Part shown: one piece after another, positions 36,647-43,974 of the stretch
How positions within the stretch are numbered: the stretch's first letter is position 1
Layout of the letters: each line of letters opens with the position of its first letter
Assembly: GCA_021779665.1 (NCBI GenBank)
Contig: JAJYAG010000002.1
Span: 38,974 to 102,973, forward strand
DNA length: 64,000 nt
DNA from: Bacteroidota bacterium
GTDB taxonomy: Bacteria > Bacteroidota > Bacteroidia > Bacteroidales > JAAUTT01
Direction: 5' to 3'
Notes under the pieces: model-generated
Database searches by the model: none
Seen by the model: the letters and a program-made list of their open reading frames with translations, nothing else
Told to the model about the DNA's origin: nothing
Position numbers and translations under genes: made by a program

Positions 36647-37123
36647 ATGTTTAGTAAAAAGGAATTGAAGATTATCGTGTTGTTAATCCTTTCGCTCTTG
36701 GGGTGCAAAAAAGAGGAGAACAAACCTGATAAATTTGATGTGACATTTACTATAAAAATTAATGATATTGATTCTTTGACCACCGTTGTTGTTGATACCT
36801 GGACATATTTTCCTGTTGAGAAAGTTACAGAATGGATTGGATCAGGGAAATTTAAAAGTGATTATTATTTATATTACAATGCCGCATTTTACTTAAACAG
36901 AAATGATTCAATATTTATTAGGACTAAAAATCAAGGTTATTATGGTTGCACCAGAAATCTATTTATTCGGTTGAGATTTAACGAGGATAAACAACTTGTT
37001 ACTGTTCGTGATTATAATTTTAAAGTTGATACTTTAACTAATGAATTGGATTCTAAATTTTTATTCGAATGGCCAACTGATTCAGATAAATACTCCTTTA
37101 CCCAGCATTCTTATAAGAATTGA
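36647..37123 (+). CDS. Small lipoprotein, hypothetical; visibly AT-rich gene
   Basis: 158 aa with a lipobox LLSLLGC. Its sequence is clearly more AT-rich than the flanking genes on visual inspection. Confidence 0.55.
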   Translation: MFSKKELKIIVLLILSLLGCKKEENKPDKFDVTFTIKINDIDSLTTVVVDTWTYFPVEKVTEWIGSGKFKSDYYLYYNAAFYLNRNDSIFIRTKNQGYYGCTRNLFIRLRFNEDKQLVTVRDYNFKVDTLTNELDSKFLFEWPTDSDKYSFTQHSYKN

Positions 37124-37173
37124 ATATAAAAAACTGCTAATTATATGAGTTGAATCGTCAATATGCATTATTT

Positions 37174-37521
37174 ATGGAAATAAAACTCATCCAAAAAGAT
37201 ACCATCACCATTGCAGAAGTTACTGCCGAAGACGTCATCATCTCCGAAGTTCAGGATGCTTTGGATATTATGGCCGACTGCAGCTATCAGGGCGCAGAGA
37301 AAATTATCTTTTATGAAAAAAACCTTCATCCTGATTTTTTCGATTTAAAAACAAAACTTGCTGGTGATATTCTCCAGAAGTTTTCCAATTACCGCATGAG
37401 TATGGCTATTGTGGGCGACTTCTCAAAATATACAAGTAAAAGCCTCCGCGATTTTATTTATGAAAGCAACAAAGGAGGCAGAATAAGATTTGTATCAAGT
37501 AGGGAAGAGGCTTTGAATTAG
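37174..37521 (+). CDS. DUF4180-like small cytoplasmic protein
   Basis: About 115 aa, MEIKLIQKDTITIAEV...FFDLKTKLAGDILQKFSNYRMSMAIVGDF, as I recall the DUF4180 pattern. Start moved to ATG 37174 from TTG 37150. Confidence 0.55.
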   Translation: MEIKLIQKDTITIAEVTAEDVIISEVQDALDIMADCSYQGAEKIIFYEKNLHPDFFDLKTKLAGDILQKFSNYRMSMAIVGDFSKYTSKSLRDFIYESNKGGRIRFVSSREEALN

Positions 37522-37555
37522 AGAATGTGTAAAAGTCTAAAAATGAAGATCCATG

Positions 37556-37648
37556 CCACTAAGGCTCAAAGACCTTAAGATGCATAAAGATTTGTTACAC
37601 TTTTATCCTTAGTGATTTCTTTGTGAATTAGTGTCTTTGTGACTAAAA
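37556..37648 (-). repeat. Intergenic element of the CACAAAG...CACAAAG...TCACTAAGG family (copy 1, inverted orientation)
   Basis: The reverse complement reads AGTCACAAAGACACTAATTCACAAAGAAATCACTAAGGATAAAAG. It also forms a CCACTAAGG / CCTTAGTG(A) inverted repeat (37556-37564 / 37607-37614). Compare copy 2 at 57034-57098. Confidence 0.6.
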
Positions 37649-37754
37649 CGATTCTCCGAGCCCAGACAAAAGCAAAGCAGGGCATGAATTTAAACTTAGT
37701 CAAAACGACTGAAACCCTGCATTTGGCAGTGGTCCGATGTCTGTCGACCGTTGA

Positions 37755-40700
37755 CTAATCTCCCCACTTACAAATCGCCTCTATATAATCCTTGCTTCCG
37801 TCACTCACCCAAGCATCCAGCTGCGCCGGATCCTTCAACTGCTGACCACGTTTCCGCGGAACCACCAGATAACCGCACCGGAAATCGGGCAGCGAACTCA
37901 TATCGCCCCAAAGCTTTTCAATCTGGGCAACGGGATAAATATCTTCCTGACCGTGACCCCAACGGTATTTCACATCTTTGATGGTCACATACGACGGGAT
38001 CTTCCTTGCAATCTTACGCACTGCTTCCGAAAGCTCTTCTTCAGTTTTATTCAATAGCACATTGCGCTTCAGTCCAAACAGATCCAGTAGTTTATCTACA
38101 TTGATCCATGTGGTGAGCGTGTTGTAATAACGCAATGCTAACTCATCGTCTTCGTGTGGTTGGGCAAGGCCTTCCAGTAAACGGACTTTACCGTTTATTC
38201 GTGCCAATCCGCCGCCACGGTCGTCGATATGCCGCGGTATCACTTCAAAAGTGAGGGCGTTACCCGACTGAATATGATAGCCCAATGCGGCAGCATCAAC
38301 ATCGGCGCCTAAAGTATCGACATTGTGCAACAGAATATGCTCAACACCTGGGTTTTCCTTCAGAAGTTTTGCAAGAACACCATTCCGTAACATATTAGGA
38401 ACTTCGAACCAGTGACCAAGCGGCGTTAAACGTTGTTGAGCGAGGTTGTCGACATAATCATTGCCTTCGCCTTTCGACTTGGCCCAGCCAATCATCGACA
38501 TCCGAACTGCTTCGCGTACCTTCTGCTTGTTTTCGTCGAGCTGTTCCTGCGGCATCTCTTCCCACAGAAAACGCAAATCGCGTTCCATGGGTATAAACCT
38601 CTGCCCTATCGACTTACCGGCAGACAAGTAAATATTTCCTTTATATTGAAAGTTTGAATTGTGCTTCAGAGCTTCATCGATGGCCTGGTGTGTTAAATAG
38701 CTGGTAGCCACCAGAAAAGGAATGGAAGTATTGAACTGCTCGGCAGTTTTCTGATTTTTTGCCAGGTGAATTTCAAGGAAAGAGCGGTGACGACCCTGAA
38801 GCATCACAAACGGGTTAATGGCTTTGATAACTCCGGCGCCTTTTGTCCACCTGCTGCCAACTCCTGCGGCAAGACACATCACGGCAACTTTCCCTTCGTG
38901 AAGAGCCCTTTCGCCTGTCGATTTTTCGCTTTTGAGCTTTTCGAGAAAAACAACTTCCGACTCATTCACATCTTCAATGATGGTTTCGGCGGGAAGCTTA
39001 TTACGCGACAACCCGATACGACCTTTGACAAGATCGTTTCTGATCTGCTCGTGCTGTATAAAGTCGAAACCATTTTCCTTCTTGATCTTGTCGGTTTCTT
39101 CGTTCTGCTTCGACCGGTCTTTCGACTCGATATTTGAAGAAAACTTGAAAAGATTGGTAACAATGGATCTTAGCATTGGGAATGCTTCGTCATTCGAAGA
39201 ACTCTGAGCCGTGATTCTGTCAATTTCCACTTTACGAATTTCAGGGAAAGTCTCGAGGTTACCGCGTACGATCCGGGGAATATGAAAGGCGTAATATGCA
39301 GCAGGCATCAATGCTTCGTTGCCGTTCAACAGTTTCGAAACGGATCCGTTTTTATTAATGCTGAAGTTATACACAACCGGCTCCATTGCAAACGGGAGCG
39401 CTGCCGACATTTCATTTTTAGTAGTTTTAAGGATATTAAGAATATCTTCTTTTGCCTTATCGTAGACAGCCGGATCTACATACATCCCCATACCGCCTCC
39501 CGACATACCTCCAAGCATCAAAAAGCCCCAGTAATCTGACCCAAAAGCCTGAGAAGCTTTTCTGATGATTGTCTCCGTAAAGTGCGTGGTAGCCCAGGGA
39601 ATTATAGTTTTTATAGGTCCGTCAAAATTCTGGCTTGTCAGCGATGCCAGCTGTTTGATATCGCCTTCTTTCAGGATCTGAAGTATCTGGTCGTAAATGG
39701 CATTTGCATTTTGACGGCCAATCCATTCAGCACCCTGACGCAGCAAATATTTTTCGGTAACCATTTCGAGGATAGGACCCACATTGGACGCCATTCCGCC
39801 ATGCATTAACACCAGCGACTTTGTAAGTTTTTCTTCAAACTGAGGATGCAAATAGCTATCGGATAAAACATTGTGCTTGGGCAACAAACAGCCACGGCTG
39901 ATATTAAATTCAGGATCTCCATCGGCAGCAAGTGTTCCTTCAATGGCTTTTACGCCGGTCCAGATACCGCCTGAGTCCTGCCATCCTCCGCCGGAACCGC
40001 CAAGCCATTCTCCAAGAATTGCTCTGGATGCTATGAGCCGCCGTTCCTGCTCGTTAAGTTCTCCTTCGAGTTTTTGTGTTTGCTGTGTGGCACGCATCAA
40101 ACAGCTGATCATGGAAGCCAGAAGGTTTGTCGAAACGGCTAATCGGGATCCTTTGGGAATATCATTTACTTTGGTAACGAGTTCAAGCCCCATACCAGGG
40201 GAAATCAGACTGCCAAGAATTTCCGCAATGGTCTGGTTTGTGCCTTCGAACGAAGGCGGAATTACTCCCGAGGCAATTACCGCAGCTTTTAAAAGACTCA
40301 GGTAATCGTTCCCGAAATTGAAAAGGTCCTGAAGCTGGGTAATGTCTTTGCTGTCTTTTAAGTCGAGAGCAGTTACGCGGAGTACAGGTTCGTTGATTAC
40401 CCGCACATAAGTTTCGAGCGGAGGTTTAATGTCTTTATCGCGGCCATAAACACCTAAATCAATTGAAACATTGATCACCCTTGCTCCTTCCGGATAATCC
40501 ATTCCTAAAAAGAAAATATCGGACCAGCCGCTATGGGTTAAGTCCATGCGGACTGCAGTTTCCTCGCGAAGTATCGGATAAAGCAAAGAACCATCGTTCC
40601 TCACGAGCATTTTAGGGTGAATTTTCAGAGGATGCTCATCATACCTTCCCACACGGAACATCCACTGGTTGCCCCGACTGGAGCGAACACTTTTCCGGAC

Positions 40701-41093
40701 CTGATCGGCCAGGATCTGAAATGTTAAGTGATGATAACTTTCGGCTAAGCAGGAAAAAAGATTGGCATTAGGTCCTGCCACAGCTGCTTCATTCAGAAAA
40801 ATGTTGATGGCTTTTTCGAAATTACGTTTCAGCAGATTTTCGAAACCTTCGGGCGGAATAGTTCCAACGGGCGGAAAGCTGTTCGATTCCATCAGAAAGA
40901 ACCGGTAACCAGAATAAAGAAATATACACGCCCTTACCCTTTCGTAAAGATTAGGCGTTTGTTTCCGAAAGTTATCTAGTTCAGCGAAAGCTGATAATAG
41001 TTCTTGAGGTGAATATTTTCTGCAGATGGATGCAAAGGAAGTGTTTCGTTCTGCAGGATCCTGGGATACGATGGTTTGTATAAATGGATTCAT
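37755..41093 (-). CDS. 1112-aa fusion protein: N-terminal fucokinase-like GHMP-kinase-type region plus C-terminal UDPGP-family sugar-1-phosphate nucleotidylyltransferase domain
   Basis: The middle has GGSGGGWQDSGGIWTGVK (compare the fucokinase GGGWQD motif) and FLMLGGMSGGGMGMYV (GHMP motif-III-like). The putative motif II is degenerate (PKGSRLAVSTNL). The C-terminus has VMCLAAGVGSRWTKGAGVIKA, LLHNVDTLGA, DRGGGLARINGKVRLLE and YNTLTTWINVD, which parallel UDPGP signatures. Confidence 0.6.
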   Translation of the reverse strand: MNPFIQTIVSQDPAERNTSFASICRKYSPQELLSAFAELDNFRKQTPNLYERVRACIFLYSGYRFFLMESNSFPPVGTIPPEGFENLLKRNFEKAINIFLNEAAVAGPNANLFSCLAESYHHLTFQILADQVRKSVRSSRGNQWMFRVGRYDEHPLKIHPKMLVRNDGSLLYPILREETAVRMDLTHSGWSDIFFLGMDYPEGARVINVSIDLGVYGRDKDIKPPLETYVRVINEPVLRVTALDLKDSKDITQLQDLFNFGNDYLSLLKAAVIASGVIPPSFEGTNQTIAEILGSLISPGMGLELVTKVNDIPKGSRLAVSTNLLASMISCLMRATQQTQKLEGELNEQERRLIASRAILGEWLGGSGGGWQDSGGIWTGVKAIEGTLAADGDPEFNISRGCLLPKHNVLSDSYLHPQFEEKLTKSLVLMHGGMASNVGPILEMVTEKYLLRQGAEWIGRQNANAIYDQILQILKEGDIKQLASLTSQNFDGPIKTIIPWATTHFTETIIRKASQAFGSDYWGFLMLGGMSGGGMGMYVDPAVYDKAKEDILNILKTTKNEMSAALPFAMEPVVYNFSINKNGSVSKLLNGNEALMPAAYYAFHIPRIVRGNLETFPEIRKVEIDRITAQSSSNDEAFPMLRSIVTNLFKFSSNIESKDRSKQNEETDKIKKENGFDFIQHEQIRNDLVKGRIGLSRNKLPAETIIEDVNESEVVFLEKLKSEKSTGERALHEGKVAVMCLAAGVGSRWTKGAGVIKAINPFVMLQGRHRSFLEIHLAKNQKTAEQFNTSIPFLVATSYLTHQAIDEALKHNSNFQYKGNIYLSAGKSIGQRFIPMERDLRFLWEEMPQEQLDENKQKVREAVRMSMIGWAKSKGEGNDYVDNLAQQRLTPLGHWFEVPNMLRNGVLAKLLKENPGVEHILLHNVDTLGADVDAAALGYHIQSGNALTFEVIPRHIDDRGGGLARINGKVRLLEGLAQPHEDDELALRYYNTLTTWINVDKLLDLFGLKRNVLLNKTEEELSEAVRKIARKIPSYVTIKDVKYRWGHGQEDIYPVAQIEKLWGDMSSLPDFRCGYLVVPRKRGQQLKDPAQLDAWVSDGSKDYIEAICKWGD

Positions 41094-41110
41094 TTCTCAG
41101 CTGTTTATAT

Positions 41111-42055
41111 TCAACCTTTTTTGCCCGTTTCGGCCAAAATCTGAACCATTTGAGTAAGCACCTCGTCGCGCATGTCGCTGGCAAGTCCCAAAGCAATCTG
41201 CGAAAGCATCAGTCCGAGCTTTTTGCTTGTATCGTAGCGGTTTCCTTTCATTTCCAGGGCCAGGTATTTATCAGTCCGCGCCATTTCCAGCAGGGCAGGC
41301 GTAAGCAGCAAATTAGCAGGTTGTTTATCCAGATCATTTTTCAGGAGATCGAACACAGAGGGTTTAAAAACATGCATCCCGAAAAAGCAGAGGTAATAGC
41401 CGGCGCGAAGACCCGGAGTCTGCAATTCGAGCTCAGCCTGACTAACCGAAGGTTTTTCGATGATCTTTTCAATCTGATAAATTCCATTGAAGTTGAGCAG
41501 CGCTTTTCCGGTAAGTGTACCGTACTTGCCAATCTGATGCTCAATGGTTGGATTTACTGCAGAAACCGAACATTCCTCCTGAACGGCAAGTTCAATCAGC
41601 TGGCGTGCGCAACGTTTCCCTTTAAGGTCGGAAACATAGAGATAATCGCCCAGCAAAAGTAAGAAAGGTTCATTGTTCACAAATTGCCTTGCCTGGTAAA
41701 CGGCATGACCATAACCTTTCGGCTCGGCTTGTACCGAAAACGATAACCGGTCCATGAGATTTTTAATACTGGCTGCCTGTTGATGTGCCCACTCAGCGCC
41801 CTTAAACGAACTTTCAAGTGTCTTTTGCAAACTGCGGAAGTTATCAAGGTATTTGGCTTCGTCGTCGGGAGCACAAACAATGCAAATCTCCTCAACTCCG
41901 CTCATCAATGCTTCCTCGGCAATAATCTGAATAATGGGCTTGTTTATCCCGTCAATGTCAACCATGGGCAACATCGACTTCTGAACAGTATCGGCCACCG
42001 GGTATAATCTTTCCCCGCGGGCACCGGCAGTAATGACAGCTTTCTTAATAATCAT
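41111..42055 (-). CDS. GalU-like sugar-1-phosphate nucleotidylyltransferase (UTP-glucose-1-phosphate uridylyltransferase family)
   Basis: 314 aa. KKAVITAGARGERLYPVADTVQKSMLPMVD, GYGHAVYQA and PFLLLLGDYLY mirror the GalU G-x-G-T-R, LPxxD and LGD motifs. Confidence 0.7.
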   Translation of the reverse strand: MIIKKAVITAGARGERLYPVADTVQKSMLPMVDIDGINKPIIQIIAEEALMSGVEEICIVCAPDDEAKYLDNFRSLQKTLESSFKGAEWAHQQAASIKNLMDRLSFSVQAEPKGYGHAVYQARQFVNNEPFLLLLGDYLYVSDLKGKRCARQLIELAVQEECSVSAVNPTIEHQIGKYGTLTGKALLNFNGIYQIEKIIEKPSVSQAELELQTPGLRAGYYLCFFGMHVFKPSVFDLLKNDLDKQPANLLLTPALLEMARTDKYLALEMKGNRYDTSKKLGLMLSQIALGLASDMRDEVLTQMVQILAETGKKG

Positions 42056-42109
42056 ATTATGAAGTTAGTTTAGGAACAGGGTATAAATTTCTGAACAATT
42101 TTGAGTCTT

Positions 42110-42952
42110 TCAAACAGCTTTGAATAGTTTTTCACTATCGTTTGCCAGCGAATAGGTAAACTCACGGATCTTGTCAGCCCATTGCTGATGAGTAAGACTC
42201 TTATCCAGAATTTCGTATGCTACAGGTTTTCCTATGATAACCAGGATTGTTTTATTTTTCTTATTAAACATTTCGTGAGGCAATAAGATTAATTCCAGGG
42301 TAAGTTTTATACCAAAAAACTTTCTGATGCTGCTCACAGCATAGAATAACCTGGAATTTCTTCCCACAAAATGAATGGGTACAATATCGCGCTTATGCAA
42401 AATGGCTTTGCTTACGAAGCTTTTCTGCCAGGCACAATCCTGAATTCGACCGTTGTACTTTCGGGAAACTTCTCCGGCAGGAAAATGTGTGATTGCCGTT
42501 GTGGAGGCGTACAACTCGTCAAGCGCGGCAATGCGTTCTTTGGTGTTTATGCCGAAAACATTCACAGCAAAAATGAACGGTCTCAGCGGAGGAACAAACA
42601 TAAATGCATCGTTACCAATGGCCTTTAACGATCCGTATTTCCCTGAAACTGTATGAGTAATAATCAACCCGTCGGCCACACCAAAAGGGTGATTGGCTAC
42701 AAAAATGCATCTGCTTGTCTCCGGCAGATTTTCCTTTCCGCGAATATCGAGTTTGATGTTGAATTCTTCGATAATTTTTTCGAGAAAGCTATAACCTTCA
42801 GTATCCTGATATTTTTCAAGAATGCGGTTCATTTCCTTCTCCCGGATGATTTTCTTCAGCAGGCTGATAACAAAACCCGGAAGTTTCCGCAAAACTTTAC
42901 TGTCGCTTCTGCGAATGATGCTGGCAATATCGATGTACTCCATTTGAAACAA
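42110..42952 (-). CDS. PlsC/LPLAT-superfamily acyltransferase (resembles Bacteroidota lyso-aminolipid/lysophospholipid O-acyltransferases)
   Basis: 280 aa. Contains FVANHPFGVADG (His...Asp catalytic box) and HFPAGEVSR (the FPxG block). The overall layout matches my memory of GlsA/OlsA-like proteins. Confidence 0.55.
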   Translation of the reverse strand: MFQMEYIDIASIIRRSDSKVLRKLPGFVISLLKKIIREKEMNRILEKYQDTEGYSFLEKIIEEFNIKLDIRGKENLPETSRCIFVANHPFGVADGLIITHTVSGKYGSLKAIGNDAFMFVPPLRPFIFAVNVFGINTKERIAALDELYASTTAITHFPAGEVSRKYNGRIQDCAWQKSFVSKAILHKRDIVPIHFVGRNSRLFYAVSSIRKFFGIKLTLELILLPHEMFNKKNKTILVIIGKPVAYEILDKSLTHQQWADKIREFTYSLANDSEKLFKAV

Positions 42953-43005
42953 TTAAGGCTGTTGCAATAGTAATAACTATTTCGATGTGTTCAAAAGGTA
43001 GGATC

Positions 43006-43785
43006 CTAAAACATGAAACTAAGACCTTCTTTCATGGCCTTGCTGTATTGTTGCTTATCGAACGAATACAAGGTTGGTGCCCTGTGAGGGCCAATGTTGC
43101 GCCGTTCATCCAGTTTTTTCAGAATATTGAACGAGAGGATCTTCTTCTGAAAATTTCTCCGGTCAAGTTTGCGGCCAAGGATGGTTTCGTACAAACCCAG
43201 AAGTTCAGGCAAAGTAAACTTTTCGGGTAACAGATTAAAACCGATGGGATGATGGAAGGTTTGAAACCGCAATTCTTTTAAGGCCCTTTGGAGTATCTGG
43301 TTATGGTCGAAAAACAACTGGGGCACTGCAGTAATATCGCACCATTCACATTTATCAGAAAGTGTATCGGGTTTGGGTTTCACTTTCGAGTATTCTACAA
43401 GCGCAAAATATCCCACTGATACCATACGGTCGAACATCCAGTTATCGGGTTTAATCTCCTTCTCGAAGATTTGTGAAAATTGGTCTCTCTCCATGGCCAG
43501 ACTTTTCACCCGGTCAGGTTCTCCAAAAGTGTAAAACTGCTGAAGATAAATTTTACTCAACCCTGTTCTTTCCTTCAAAATTCGCTTGGCCGACTCGTCC
43601 ACCGATTCATCTCTCATAACATATCCTCCTGGCAAACACCAGCCTTCAACCTTCTTCCACCGGTTTAATAATACTTTGAGCTGGTTCTTGTGAAACCCGA
43701 ATATCACACAGTCAACCGAAAGATTGGGAAGAAACCATTTTGGACCTTCCTCAATAAAATCTATCATCTCCAACTTATTGTCCAT
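43006..43785 (-). CDS. NUDIX-domain / winged-helix transcriptional regulator (NrtR/AraR-like)
   Basis: 259 aa. Nudix fold with a degenerate box (LPGGYVMRDESVDESAKRILKERTGL). The C-terminal roughly 90 aa is wHTH-like (LPELLGLYETILGRKLDRRNFQKKI). This architecture is used by Bacteroides sugar regulators. Confidence 0.65.
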   Translation of the reverse strand: MDNKLEMIDFIEEGPKWFLPNLSVDCVIFGFHKNQLKVLLNRWKKVEGWCLPGGYVMRDESVDESAKRILKERTGLSKIYLQQFYTFGEPDRVKSLAMERDQFSQIFEKEIKPDNWMFDRMVSVGYFALVEYSKVKPKPDTLSDKCEWCDITAVPQLFFDHNQILQRALKELRFQTFHHPIGFNLLPEKFTLPELLGLYETILGRKLDRRNFQKKILSFNILKKLDERRNIGPHRAPTLYSFDKQQYSKAMKEGLSFMF

Positions 43786-43837
43786 GAAAGCAATTAATAA
43801 TTTTAATTGTGTATATAATACATTATAGTTTTTTGTT

Positions 43838-43912
43838 GTAATATTGCCCTTATAATATTGCTAAATTAGTTTTAGACTTCAATATTACACAATTCTTTTT
43901 CAAAATATTACG
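43838..43912. promoter_or_regulatory. Four TAATATTG/CAATATTA half-sites in the divergent promoter region (candidate operator)
   Basis: GTAATATTGC (43838-43847), ATAATATTGC (43852-43861), CAATATTACA (43880-43889) and AAATATTACG (43903-43912). The first and third form a perfect 9-bp inverted repeat. Confidence 0.3.
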
Positions 43913-43974
43913 CCTTATTATTTTAAATGTGAATTCTGTTAAAAAAAGATTTTGTTTAACTAACATATTTAATC

